Assembly (NCBI GenBank): GCA_001244265.2
Contig: CDLV01000005.1
Location: 2,232,001-2,296,000, forward strand
Direction of reading: 5' to 3'
DNA: 64,000 nucleotides
Source of the DNA: Microbotryum violaceum
Taxonomy: Eukaryota
Shown one piece after another: positions 25,651 to 39,400 of this stretch. Positions within the stretch are counted from its first letter, which is position 1; every line of letters starts with the position of its first letter. Below the pieces are notes generated by a model, which was not told where the DNA came from, did not search any database, and saw only the letters and a program-made list of their open reading frames with translations. A program made the translations under genes and the position numbers.

Positions 25651-25707
<57 letters not shown>
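25651..25707. repeat. (ATG)n/(CAT)n microsatellite, about 19 units
   Basis: Perfect trinucleotide run about 400 bp upstream of the ACS start codon. Confidence 0.95.
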
Positions 25708-25709
<2 letters not shown>

Positions 25710-27963
25710 TGACGATGATGTTGATGAATGATTGGGCGAGGTCGAGTCCGAGTCGATGGAGTCGGGGCCCCCTCCGAGTCCCCCGTGTGCGACGGACAGA
25801 GGTTGTGAGAGGGGAACGTCGCACGAGCTAACTCACCATGCTTGAGCAGTAGGTTGCATGAGGTAGGTTGCATGAGTCAGGTTGAAAGTGCGATCATGGG
25901 GGATCAGTCGATTAAACCACCGCGTGAGGGTGATCATGTAGTGGTGGGCTTGGGGTCAGCACTGCATGAGCGAGCACCACCAGCGGATCAGAGACGGCCG
26001 TCCCACGCGATCGACAACGATTGAGCAAGAGCAAGAACAAGCGAGCAAGTGATGGGAAAGGAAGCACTCATGGATGGGAAGTTGACTACTCTGGCTTAAT
26101 CATCATCGCTGACATTCCAGTCAGAGATGACCGAATGACGGCCCGAATTTTCGCGTTCGCGAGGCCAAAAGTGCCGAGCCAAGACGATGAAGAAGAAAGA
26201 AGAAGAGAGTCAGAGGTGTGCAAAGTGTTGGCTGACCTGGGGGTTGGCCACGCGCGCTCCTGATCGGATTATTCGTATTAATGATGCCACCGCTTTCGAC
26301 CTTCTCCAACTCTGCCGAGCGCCGAGCGGCCCGGCACGGATCTGAAGCATGATCCTCGACAGGGGACCTTTGCACCCCACATCGTGATCAGCGATTCACC
26401 TATCGAACAGACCAAATACCCTTTCAAACGAGGTCGAGCGAGTCTCAGTAAGTAGTTTGAGCTCTGGGGATCACTCAAAGGTGAGGTCGCCGCGATCGGT
26501 ACAGTGGTTGTTGCTCCAGCAGATTTGCTCGAGCTTGGGCGACCTCGCTGCGAACTCCGACACGGAGCTAGGTTGCGGTTCGGGGCTCACTCAAGAGCTC
26601 GGACTGGGCGAGCCAAAGGCCGTGACGAAGCTCAGAAAGTGAATCCTGTGTACTCAAAGATAAGAAACTAATATCTAGTAGGCGTTGTCATATTCAGAGG
26701 TAATCGGCTGCTTGGAATCGGTCATGGACGGGCTGCAGAAATAATAGTTCGATTCATCGAGTACACTATACTTGTGCATGAGCTTGCATAATTCTGCGTC
26801 TAGATTTCATGGGTCATCTCATTGATTTTCAGGGATTTACACCGATGTGCACTGTCATGTCTTGTCCGAACTGGGTCCGTTTTCATGTGCCAGCGACACA
26901 ACGAGTTATCGAGTGGGGCTGCAAGCTGCAAGAGCCAAGAGTGAAACATGAGTCGGCGTACTTGCTTGAGGCAAGAGGAGGGTGGGTGTCCTATCGAATG
27001 GGTTCAGACGTTCAAAGATTAGCAGATCAGAGGTTGGAGCTTGATGATACCTTGGGTCGATGCCGCGAGTACGACTCACCTAGGTAGTACGCCAACGGAA
27101 AACTAAGAGACGAAACTCACCAAAAATGGATTTTGGCGCGGGCGAAAACTGCCACCGACCAGTCGGGCGCCGCATCACCTGAGCGCTGAGCGCTGAGCCC
27201 CGCGTCCTCGCATGCGATGGGCCCACCGAGGTGAGCCGAGGTGCGAGATTACCAAATCGTTCATGTTCCAGACTTTCTTGGAGATCCTTCTCACTCTTGC
27301 AATACTTGCCGCTCGTGTCGGGCTACATGAATAGCTGCACACCGGCGGGCGCCGGGATCCGTTGCCAAGAGACCGTCAACTATTTAGTCCGCGCGAATCT
27401 TTTTCGAAGTCTTGGCTAAACTCATGCCCGTGTCACTCTCCGACCTCCGGACTGAGGACCAAGGCCACGGTGCATACACGTATTTAAAGGAAGAGGGTCA
27501 GTTTCAAGGTATAAAGGTAATAATTCAGGAGACTTTTGTTTCTCCATCACCTCTAGGAACTATCTATGCCTAGCGCTTCCAGATTCCCGAGCGAGGGAGG
27601 GCCTTCCGAGTAATTCTTGAGGCCGGCTGACATGGGAAAGCAGCCCCGTAGACCGGGGAAGATCGCTGCGACCCCTCCTCGCGTTTCAACCGACCGGCGC
27701 TCGCTTGAGTCGCTGCTCGCGACTCCACGGACCGGGCAAACTGATCCGAAAGGACACAGAGCAAATTAATCAAGGCGATAGCAAGTATTGTACAATAAGG
27801 AGCGATAGGTAGGTAAATAGGTAGGTAGGGTAGGCGGGAATGCTGATGCTCTAGAAATCGTCGGCACTGCTTAGCCCCTGATCAGCCTACGAGATGGCAC
27901 CATCATGTGGCTTGGGTCCTCATAGCGTGTGCAAAATTTAGCTCCTCGGGCAAGCTCCTTCTG

Positions 27964-29438
27964 TCATACTGTATCGTCGTGATAGGCGAAGCGAGCGTCT
28001 TTGGGCGACTTGGGGGCGTTCCGAACCTGCATCGGTCGAGGAGAATCCCGAGCGAAATCGTCAGCGAGCCGAGTTTGTCCGAGGTTCCAACGGAACGGTC
28101 GATCCCCACTGCGGCTCGCACCGTTCAAGGTTTCTGCCTATGGTACTTACGTAGCGATCTGATTTATGTGCGATGTACATATCGGACACGTTGAATTTGC
28201 ACAGTTTCGAAAATGATGTACAACGTCCTCATCAGCCTGCCGTCAAGCGAAAGAACCCCACATTCCCGAAATGACAGAGCACTTACCGTTGTCGGAAGGA
28301 CGTTCCTTTTGCTTGCACGATGCCAGCATTGACTGTAGTGTCAACAAAAGGGCCTGCACATTGAGGACGGGCGACCATCCCGATCCCTACAATGGTGTGA
28401 TACAGCGAAGAGGAGGAAAAACGGGGTCACGAAAACTCGTCAGTGAGGCTTGGCCACCGCGATCGAGATCGAGAGACTCGGGAAAAAAGAAAAGATCGAC
28501 ATACTAGTACGCTAGCACATATGTGCCCATTTGAATAAACGTGTGGATGACACGGTGCTGTCCATCCATCCGAGACAAGAAACGTGACTGCGGTGGTGAG
28601 TGGCAACCTAGAGTCAGCCGTCAACACAACGTGCGACTCCAGAGCGGAAGCAACTGCACGAGCAGTCATTGCAGATATTTGGAGCTTCGTGTCATTCAAA
28701 AAGCGATTCTACACACCTTCAGGACTCTGCATCAGAGTAAGAGGAGGAAGCGCAGGTGGGTTAGGATCTCGGGGCTTTTGTGGAGATGGACTCCAAGTCA
28801 CACTGACATCAATGGGATAGGCCGAGCCGAACCGAAACCTCTGAGTAATACATGACGTGGGTTGTGTTAGTTTACGTGTGAGTTTGTGTGAAGTCCTGCC
28901 TGCTTGCGGTCACGGTGGGAGGGTACCGACCAATGCGAATTTCTCTGCACCAGTGTGGGGGTTGCGAAGATGCTCAGTCAGGAGGCATGCACCAAAGGAG
29001 AAGGATGTGTGACTCACCTCCTTGATATACGGTTCCATCGCCCAAAACTTGAATGCTAAATATCCACTCTGCGAGATCCTCGGCTTGTAATAGCTCGCAG
29101 CCTGCGCCAGAGAGAGGAAATACCACCAAGAGGTGGGGGGTCCCAGCATGCTCAGCTGCATATACCCGCCTCGTTGGCTTGACTCGCGACTGAAACAGCC
29201 CTTACCTGCTGGTGGACCTGACGTTCGGATCTTGGTCGCAGAAAGGCTGTATTCATGAGCATTCATAAACGCCCACGTGCTTGATACCGGGTCCTCCGTC
29301 GGGACATTGTGCACCTACCTCGGTGATCTCCTGCGACGAGGCAGAAAGAGGTGGAGCGAATGTCAGCCATTGTACCCGCGGGTGAGGTGAAGGATGCTGG
29401 TGCACCTTTTGCAGTCGCTTGGCCTGGATACGGGACAT
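27964..29438 (-). CDS. UBE2W: Ubiquitin-conjugating enzyme E2, UBE2W family
   Basis: 11 exons reconstruct MSRIQAKRLQKEITEIRTSGPPAGCELLQAEDLAEWIFSIQVLGDGTVYQGEKFALRFRFGSAYPIDSPEVTF...HPHVYSNGHICASVLGSGWSPVL...QSMLASC...RPSDNDRYV...FAYHDDTV*. HPH in place of HPN and the HDD terminus mark UBE2W. Confidence 0.9.
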
Positions 29439-29913
29439 GATCGGAAGTTGGCACTAGTACTGTCACACGTGCACCGTCGTTGGACCCGAGTCGAGATGAT
29501 CGCTGCCGAGATGCCGAAATGCCGAGACGTTGCACGACCCTGTAGAGCTCTACTTTATTCCGATTTACCGGTCGTACTTGAAGCCGAGTTTGAAGCCGGG
29601 TTATTCTGTGTGGGATTCCGGTAGTGTGTGGGTGTGCGACGGCGAGATTCGTCGTGCAACGTCGTCGTCGCGAACCCGATCAGCAGCGCCACATGGACCC
29701 GAGAGCGGCGCCTGCCTGGCGCGAGGAGTGTTGATCACGCGCCTCGCAATTCGATTACCACCGGGCCCGACCCGGGGATTGCGTACCAGTAGTGAGATGG
29801 GCCCCATTACTAATGCGGAATCGCAACCGACGCGTCTCGGTTCTCGCGGCGTCGGAGCTCGACCTTCTTCTTTCCACCCACCACTCGATCGACGCCTTCA
29901 CTTGATTGCCACC

Positions 29914-31095
29914 ATGTCATCCCGATCACTCGCAGCATCGCTCCTCAGGTGCAGCCGCGTGGCAGTCGCCAAACCCGTGGCCGCCACTTCGTCGTGGCAA
30001 CGTTCCGTCTCGACCGTCTCGTTGCCGACCTCGAGTCGACAGTTGCCCGGTCGTCGACCTCGGCTGACCGATCACGTGGCGGCAAGCGTGTATCCACGAC
30101 ATAGTCAGTCCTGCTGCCCATACTGTCTATGCCCATGTGACTGACCCTGTTGCCTTGCTTCACCTGCGTGACCACTCTCGTTCTATGCTGACTCACGCCT
30201 CACGTCATCATCGTGCGAAACCCCTTAATCGTCGCTACCCCGCTCTCACCTTCGCCCATCGCCCACGCTCAGTCCAACGGCGATCCATGTTTATCCAAAC
30301 CGAGACGACCCCGAATGTCGACTCGCTCAAGTTCATCCCCGGTTCTGCCGTGTCGACCTCGGGCACCCACGAGTTCCTCGACGCCGGCTCGGCCTCGTCG
30401 TCCCCTCTCGCCGATCGCCTCTTCCACCTCCCCGGCGTCAAGACCCTTTTCTTTGGACCCGACTTTATCTCGGTCAACAAACACCCCGACGCGTCTTGGG
30501 CTGACGTCAAGCCCGAGGTCTACTCAATTATCATGGAGCACTTCACGTCCGGGACACCGCTCTTCCGGGATGGTCGCGACGAGTCGGGTCCCGAGGACAC
30601 CAGGATCCTTGATTCCGACTCCGAGGTCGTCGCGATGATCAAGGAGCTGCTGGATACGCGGGTACGACCCGCGATTCAGGAGGATGGAGGTGATATCGAG
30701 TACCGAGGGTTCGACGAAGAAGTGGGCAGGGTCGAGCTGAGTCTCAAGGGAAGTTGCCGAGGATGCGATTCGAGCACAGTCACGCTCAAGAACGGCATCG
30801 AGAGAATGTTGATGCATTACGTACCAGGTCAGTATTGGATTCGACCACTCTTATCATCTTTGACTCTCTACTGAACGTGCTTCTCTCGGGCCGCCCACGC
30901 AGAGGTCAAGGAGGTCTTGCAGGTTCTAGGGCCAGAGGAGGAAGTCGCGATCGACGAATTTGCCAAATTTGAACGTGAGTAGCACAGACCGACCAGTCCA
31001 TCGACGACTAAGATTTTGTTTCTTTGACTGATGGAATGCGACTATGCCTCCTCACAGAACGACTCCGAGGGGAAGGCAAAACGGTAGAAATTTGA
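29914..31095 (+). CDS. NFU1: Mitochondrial Fe-S cluster carrier NFU1 (NifU-like)
   Basis: Presequence, then RSMFIQTETTPNVDSLKF, ELLDTRVRPAIQEDGGDIEYRGF, GSCRGCDSSTVTLKNGIE (CxxC). Introns at about 30002-30086, 30828-30903 and 30975-31057. Confidence 0.95.
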
Positions 31096-31148
31096 AGAAT
31101 CGGACACAACAACTAGCATGCCGGAAGCTTCTACGTAGCATTGCCATA

Positions 31149-32777
31149 TCAGAGTGTATCATATTCATCCAAATCCACAACGATGGGTGCATCTTCTCCT
31201 TCTTCCAACTCGTCATCATCGTCCCACCCAAGCTGGGCGTTTTCCATCCCTCTCGGAACGCGACCAACGCTTTCTTCGACCAAGTCCTTTCCCATTAATT
31301 TGCTTCCTCGGATAGCCGCGACCTCCCATCCAAAACGTTCCATCACATCCGCGGTCAATCGATCCCATCTGTTGACGACCTCTTGCCAAACGACAAAAGC
31401 GCTCGTCCCCATCTCTCGTAGCCATGTTTGCGAAACGTCCGAGAGGTTCTTTTGGAGATCGTGCAACGATTTGGTCAGAGTTGTTGAGAGGGAGGGGAGG
31501 TGGAGGGACAAGAAGTCATCGTCGAGGGAGAGGAGTTGATGGCGCAGGATCGAGAGGTAGGATGCTAGCATCGGGAGGGAAGAGGAGGAGGAAGCGTGGT
31601 CGGGGGAGTATATGGAGGAGGATTGACTGATGAGTAGGAGAAGGGAGGTGTAGATGGGCAAGGAGGAAAAGTTGTGCAGTTGCGTAAAGAGGATGAAGCT
31701 GAGTTGTACTTCGCCAAGCAGGGATTTGAAGTCTATGGTTGTTGAGGTGTAATCTTATCAGTAAATACCTTGTATTGGAATGTACAATTGAATGATAAAG
31801 GCCCCACCTCCTTGTAGGTGCTTCTGTACAGCCTCGTTCATCGCCCAGCTCTTGTCGCGACTCCAGATGCTCAGCTCGTGACCTTGAGCACCCTCGGGCC
31901 AACTCTTTTTGAGGTCAAACTCGACAAACGTTAACCTCTCATCGTCATCTTGTGATTCGGTCGTTGCGACGTCTTGCTCCGTCTCTTGCCTCTGTTTTCC
32001 CCACTGTCGTTTCCCAAGCTTCGCTTCGGCGGCGTGCAATTCCTTCTCATCCATATTCGAAGGCGTAGTCGCATCGACGATCGCACAGCCTTGCTCATCG
32101 AGCCCAATAACCCTTGCCAGCGTCTGTTCTGTGATGCAATCGATCAATCTGGACCATTGCTCGAGCCACCCATCCTCGAAAGGCGCCAATTCCCGATCCA
32201 GAGTTTTCAGGTATTCATCCGAAACGATCGTCGGACTCGGCGTTGCATCGGCGGAGTTGATCGTTCGTCGTCGTACAGGATGGGAAGCAGTGGCCGAGGT
32301 GGGCTTGAGTGCGCTCGCTCGGTGATCCCATTCCTTAACAATCGTTTCGGGCGTTCGGTCCGGATGATAAAACCTCAGCAGACCTGAACGAAGGCCGAGA
32401 CCGTTGGTCGGATCTCCGGAGGGCATGGCATTCGTTGAGTTGGGATCGGTGTCGGGTGTAGGTAATGAAGGAACCGAAGAGAATACGAAACAGTGAAGTC
32501 CTGGTGGGAGGAATTTGACGCCCTGTGAAAATGTGGGGAACATGGGGCGTCATAGAGTGAGCTCCTGTTCCTTCACCAACGGTGGTCCGGCATATTTGTG
32601 GCTCAAGAAATGAGATGAAGCGGGACTCACTGAGAACTGGTTGACCTGCCATATCTTGCCATCGATGCCAAACTCGCTGCCTGGTGTCAAGCCGGTGAGG
32701 ATGAAGAACGATGACGAGCCAAAGCGCTCCAAGGCTGCTTCTTGGGACAACGGTTGCGATGGCTTGGTCGTCGCCAT
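31149..32777 (-). CDS. AAR2: U5 snRNP assembly factor AAR2
   Basis: GSEFGIDG..W..FS|GVKFLPPGLH, LDRELAPF, SRDKSW, and an acidic EEGEDAPIVV C-terminus; spliced. Confidence 0.9.
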
Positions 32778-33288
32778 ATTTTACGCTTGGAGGCTAGATG
32801 ATACGTACTCGTTGGAAAGGGAGGTAGGATTACCCGCTGACCCCGGAGTCAGACGCGAGTGAGAGGAACAGGGTCGACTAAGAGGGCGGAGCGCCTTGAG
32901 GTGCATTCCAGGCTTCCCAGGTCACGTGCCAAGACCAGGCGATCGATCAGGCCTTCGACCCGGCCACAGGGCCCACCGTACTGCCTAATTTTTTTGCATC
33001 CGCAGAGCCAATCTGCCAAGCCTGTGCCTTCAAGACTAGTTTTTAAGCCCTAAGAACCTCCTGGTACTTGTACTCTGCAGGAGGTGCATCCAGAGGCTAT
33101 GGATCTGAATTCGCCGGGTTGTGATTCGTCGGAGCAAGTGCTCCGTCCGCTTGGACCGTCGTCGATCGAAAATTGTCGTGTCGCAGTCGCGATCTTTCCC
33201 GGGCGCGACTCTGGGCACGCCTCCTGCTCCTCCTACCTTGACCTCACGCTCCAGCCTCGACCTTTTCGTCACCAGCCTCCCATCCAAG

Positions 33289-36208
33289 ATGACGGTCCTG
33301 ACCCGCTCCCTTCCTCGGAGTCACGCTGTTCGCCGTACGTTGGCGACCCACGCTTCTGCGCCGGCCAAGAACTACCCCTCCATCACGCCGCCGTACGCGC
33401 ATCTGCTCAAGCAACTCGCGCTCACCAACAAGGTGCTCAACGGCCGACCCTTGACCTTGGCCGAAAAGATTGTTTATTCTCATTTGGACAATGTCGAGGA
33501 AGCACTTGCGGATGGGGATCCTGTTCGAGGCGAAAAGTACCTCAAGCTCAGGCCGGACCGAGTTGCGATGCAAGGTCAGTCACCAGTGTCCTCTTGGGGC
33601 ATTGGGACTTGGCAGGACAGCAAGTGCAAGGTACAGAGAGCTGACGCATAACGATCGCCAATGCAACAGACGCCTCGGCTCAGATGGCACTGCTCCAGTT
33701 TTCGACCTGCGACCGACCGACAACCGCCGTGCCGACCTCGATCCACTGCGATCATCTCATCTCGGCCTACCAAGGCGCCGAAGCGGATCTCAAGGTGAGG
33801 AGCAGACAAGGAATGGTGGTGCAGATGCGTATGGACACTGAGCAAGGAATGTCTGCCCGCGATCCTCATAGAAAGCCATCGTTAGCAACAAAGAGGTCTT
33901 TGACTTTCTCGAATCCGCAGCCAAAAAGTACGGCATCGAGTTCTGGGGACCCGGATCAGGCATCATTCATCAAATCGTATTGGAGAGTGAGTAGAGAGAG
34001 AGACCACCCATGTTCTCTTGAGCGCGCTCGCGCTCATCGAGAACCACTTGAAAACCTGGCAGACTACTCTGCTCCCGGCCTCTTGATGCTCGGAACTGAC
34101 TCGCACACGCCCAACGCTGGAGGTCTCGGAGCCATCGCGATCGGTGTGGGGGGAGCAGATGCTGTCGATGCCATGACCTATACGCCGTGGGAGCTCAAGG
34201 CTCCCAAGATCATCGGTGTCGAGCTCAAGGGGCAGCTCTCGGGATGGTGCTCGGCCAAGGATATCATTCTTGAAGTCGTTGGTCGTTTGACCGTCCGAGG
34301 GGGAACGGGTCATATCATCGAGTACTTTGGTGAGGGTGTAGAGAGCCAGTCCGCAACAGGGCTGGCCACGATTGCCAACATGGGCGCCGAGATGGGTGCC
34401 ACGACCTCAACTTTCCCTTACACCGCCGCGATGCGCTCCTACCTCCATGCCACGAACCGAGGCCCCGTCGCCGACGCGGCTGACAAAGCCCAAGCCCAAG
34501 GCTTCTTGTCCGCCGACAAGGGCGCTCAATACGACCAACACATCGTCATTGACCTGTCGACGCTTGAGCCCAAACTCAACGGCCCCAACACCCCCGATCT
34601 CTCGACCCCTCTGAGTAAGTTCGGCCCCTTCATTCAGGAGAAGGGATGGAAGGACGAGATCTCGGCGAGCTTGATTGGGTCGTGCACCAACTCGAGTTAC
34701 GAGGACATGTCACGTGTTGCGAGCATTGCCAGGCAGGCCAAAGCCAAGGGCTTGAAAACGAAGACTCCTTTCATGATCACCCCTGGGTAAGAGGTCGCGC
34801 ATGAACCCGCAGCATACCCTGGTGAAAACCACTAACGAAAATTCTTACTCGCGTAGCTCCGAGCTCATCAACGCGACGATCGAGCGCGACGGCATCAAGG
34901 CAGACCTTGAGGCCGTCGGCGGTGTCGTACTGGCCAACGCATGTGGCCCCTGCATTGGTCAATGGGACCGCAAGGAGATGAAGGGCGAGGAGAACGCTAT
35001 CCTGACCTCCTTCAACCGCAACTTCCGTGCTCGTAACGACGGCAACCGCGACACGATGAACTTCCTCACTTCGCCCGACATCGTCACCGCCATGGCTTTC
35101 TCCGGCAAGCTTTCGTTCGATCCCCGCCACGACGAGCTGATTGACTCCGAAGGCAAGCCCTTCAAGTTCGACCCTCCGACAGGCGACAAGCTTCCTTCCT
35201 CCGGCTTCACGGCCGGTAACACCTCTTACCTCCCTAGCCCCTTGCCCGAACCCGTGCCCGAAACCGAATTGGCAATTTCGTCCAGCTCGGCCCGACTTGA
35301 ATCGCTTGCGCCTTTCGACCCTCACTTTTCGCAATCTGAATTCAATGACCCATCCAAGAAGCTCGAGTTCAAGAATCTGAGGTGTTTGATGAGGATTCGC
35401 GGCAAGTGCACGACAGATGAAATCTCGGCTGCTGGTGCATGGCTAAAGTACAAAGGCCACTTGTCCAATCTGAGGTGAGTATACACGTCTTATATACCTA
35501 CCCACTCCGACTTGTCCTGAACATATGCTTGCTTTACAGTGAGAACACCTTAATCGGTGCTACGAACGATGAGAATGGCAAGATCAACTTGGCTTTCGAC
35601 TACGAGGACGGGTCCGAGGGCACCTTCCCCGAGATCGCTAAAAGGTACAAGGCGCGATCGCAACCCTGGATGATCGTCACCGATGTAAGTCCACGAATGG
35701 ATGCGATTTACGCCTGCTCAAGCACGAAGCTGACAAGTATTGGCTTTGCTCAGCATAACTACGGCGAAGGTTCGGCACGAGAACACGCGAGTCTGCAACC
35801 TCGCTTCCTCAACTGCAAAGTCATCTTGGCGTAAGTTGAACCGTCACAAGTTGCTCCGGACGGAGCAACAGCTGATATCTACTTGGACATTACCATAGAC
35901 GCTCTTTCGCCCGTATCCACCGAACAAATCTCACCAAGCAAGGTGTCTTGCCCTTGACCTTCCTTGACGAGGCCGACTACGCGCTCATCTCGGCCGGCGA
36001 CAAGGTTTCGACGACTGGCTTAGACACTCTGTTGCGAGGTGATCTCTCGGCCGAGATCAAGGTCATCGTCGAGAATAAGAATGGGGAGAAGAAGCAGATC
36101 AGGACCGATCACTCGCTGTCCAAGGATCAGGTTGAATGGATCGCCGCGGGGTCGGCGCTGAATGTGATTAAGGCTAAGGCCAAGGCTGAGGCTGCGAAGT
36201 CGTGCTAG
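33289..36208 (+). CDS. ACO2: Mitochondrial aconitase-family protein, Aco2/AcoB type (putative homocitrate dehydratase)
   Basis: [85 protein letters not shown] and WLKYKGHL are Aco2-type variants. Confidence 0.9.
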
Positions 36209-36441
36209 ACTTGGGGTTAGGGTACGTCCTTAGATCGGAACATGTAATATTATTAGCGTTTCCCTAAAGAGATGCAGCGATCCCACCAATGGATGATAGC
36301 GACATGTATGATCGCTCATGATCGGCCGAGCACGGACCCCCTTTCCGGAAGCACCCTCGGCCTCGAGTTGGCTCCCGACCGTTTCTCGCTTCGGTCTTTT
36401 TTCTTTCGTCCCCTCGCCGCCTATCGCTCGCCGGGCTCCCG

Positions 36442-39400
36442 ATGGCAAGCAAATCCGAGGAGGGGGCTTGGTCATTCCCCGACGACGGCGTCTGCGACTA
36501 CTCCCTCGACAGTGAAGCTGCTGCTGCTTTCCTCGACGCATCGCTCTCCCCCATGATCAACTTCTCGCATCCGACCCAGCAGCAACGGGTCCCGACGACT
36601 TGCTCCCGCGCGAGCAACACGTCCGGATCCGACTTGGCACGAAGCACGAAAGTGGCCCCCGTGCCTTCCCCACGTGACGGCGCAGAGTCCGATGCGACGT
36701 CGATGAGGTCGAGTCAGCTTGGAACCTATTCCCGTCCTCCCACCGTCCCAGAAGACCAAGACCACCTCGAGTTGGGCCAATGGATCGTCGGTCCCGCGAT
36801 CGGCAGCGGGGAAAGTGGCAAAGTGCGCCTAGTCCGTCATCGATTCCGCTCGGACGAACTCGGTGCGCTGAAGATGGTGCGCAAATTCTGGCCGGACGAT
36901 CACAAACCTCGCGACATCTTTCGTGAGATTGATATCCTCAGGATTGTGCACCATCCGCACATCATCGCGTTGAAGGATGTCATGGAGTCCACGAACCATC
37001 TGTGAGTGTCGGATCTGTCTCGGACCACCAGTGAGGCCGTCGGCAGTACAGCTACCGCCGCATCAAGCGTGAACGTGCTGCCCAATCCAACTGATGCATT
37101 TTCATTATTCTTGCTCCTCAGATATATGGTGACTGACTACTGCGAATGTGGCTCGCTGTTTGACCACATGCGAGACAACGGGATTCTCGACCGGACCGAG
37201 ATCCGACGATACTTCTCGCAACTCATCTCGGCAGTGAGTGCTCATCTGTTTTCTAGATTGAAGCGAATACTGGACTCACTATCGCCGTGTTATTCAGATT
37301 TCTCACCTCAAGGTCCTATCCATTGCTCATCGCGACATCAAGGCGAGCTGCTGCATAGTCCAAAGCTTTCCACAAAAGGAGCTAACACGCCGGGCCTTTG
37401 TCTGCACTTTTAGCTTGAGAACTTGTTTCTGTTCGAGGACATGTGGGGCGTGACGAGTCTCAAGCTGGGGGATCTGGGGATGTCGACATTTGTCCCGTCG
37501 GGTACAATGCTCGAAACTTCTTGCGGTTCTCCTCACTACGCCGCTCCTGAAGTCATTGCGGTGCATGCGAGGCGTATTGACTGCGTCACATAGGTCGTCC
37601 CACAACTGACCCAAACGTCTTGAATCCCAGGGCGACCAATATGATGGAAGTGCCGCTGATGTGTGGTCCAGCGGGGTGGTGTTGTACGGGCTGATGTAGG
37701 TCACCAATGCTCTTCCGCAGTCGATTGCCAGGACTGACCGGAGCGCAACCACTTCAGCGCCCGCACGCTTCCCTTCGACAACGACAACATTCCCACTTTG
37801 TTGAACCTGATCAAGTTGGGCGATTACAAGATGCACGATTCAATCCAGGGAGAAGCAAGGGACCTGATCCGCCAAATGGTCATGAAGGATACCAGCAGGC
37901 GAATCTCGGTGAGCACCAGTAATCTAGCTATCAAGGAGCCACAATGTCTTTTGGTTGGGTTAGGAGATTGTTATGAATAACTCAAATGGGTTATAGGTGG
38001 AAGAGATACAACGCCATCCCTTCGTTGATCAGTCGCTGCTCTCAAAGGACTTGCAAGACACCCAGTTCGCGCCTAGTCGCGCCGAGCTCAACATCGAAGT
38101 GATTGGCAGCATGATATCTCTTCTTCGTCTATCCACGATGCAGGAAGTGGAAAAAGCTATACTTGATCCACGGTGACTCTCTTCTCGCCTTTGGACTGAT
38201 CAAACGGCGGCGATAGCTCATACAATCTTTCTGATGCGCAGCGTTCCGAACCCCGCGCGATACATCTACCTGTCCCTACTCAACATGAAGCGCAATCTTC
38301 AAGAACGTGGTCGAGCATCAATGCTATCTTTTTCGACTACCTCCACCACATTCTCGAGTCTTCGTCGATCCCCTTCCGCCCCTGGCAGCCTCGGCAAATC
38401 GACTCCGGCGTCGTCTAAGCGATTACGACATGTGGTCAGCATGATCGATTCGTCGTCTGGGTCCCCACCAGAATCTTTCCGACAAGGTACCAGCCTGAGT
38501 AGCTACTCAACGGACCGTGAATACTCCCTAATCGGCGACGCCGGAGACCTCCCCTCCTCGAAAACGGCGCGGCCGGTACTGAAGAAGCGGTCGATCTCGC
38601 TTCTCGCTCGTCGATTTAGTTTGGGGTTGCGAAGTTCCATCGATCGGTCCCCCCGACATCCCAGTTCGTCTTATCGCAATTCGGGTCATTCCAGTTTTCA
38701 AACTTCGTCATCAACAAGTGCCACCCAGCCTGGATCCGACACCCCGCTTCGACCTGGGGTCTTTCAGCGCTCGCTGCGCTACTCATCTCTCGGTCGCGCG
38801 ATGGCTGGCAAGGCACCCCCCGAGTCACCGACCACGGTGGTCACAGCATCGCCGCTTTTGTCTCCTGAGGGCTGGAACCACTCGGCTGGTGTTGACCCCA
38901 CCGACATCAGTGCTCGGGGAAAGGGATCGCTTCCTCGCAAGCGCAGCTGGCTCCTGGGAAGCGGTACTCGTCGATTGTCGTCCCTGTTCTCGGGCAGTGG
39001 TTTCCAAACAAGCTCGAGCTCTCCCGATCTCAAAGCCACCGCGATGAGTGCGATGTCACGTGGGGACGAGACGGAAATGTCGCCATCTCTCAGCCCACAA
39101 CTCGACGCGGCGAATCCTGTACGTCAACCGACGCCCCTGTCTTTGGCTCATTCGAGCAACGCCGCGATATTTCGCGCTTCACCGTCCGCTCTTTCCCCAC
39201 GCGGGACGACTTTGACGCCACCTTCGTGCGTCCCGCCAGTGACGCCGAGGATCCCATTTGCCCCAGTCGGCCGTTCGATCCGAGCCAATGGCCCGGCGCC
39301 GAGCGCAGGCTCGCACTCCGCCCCTTCCGCGTTCAGTCCTGCGATCATCGGTATTCCTCCGAACCCCAAGGCATCTTCTTACAACTGGGTTGACTCTCAA

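Noticed and set aside
25189-25873. Poly-His and poly-Ser ORFs
   Set aside because: Artefacts of the (CAT)n microsatellite.
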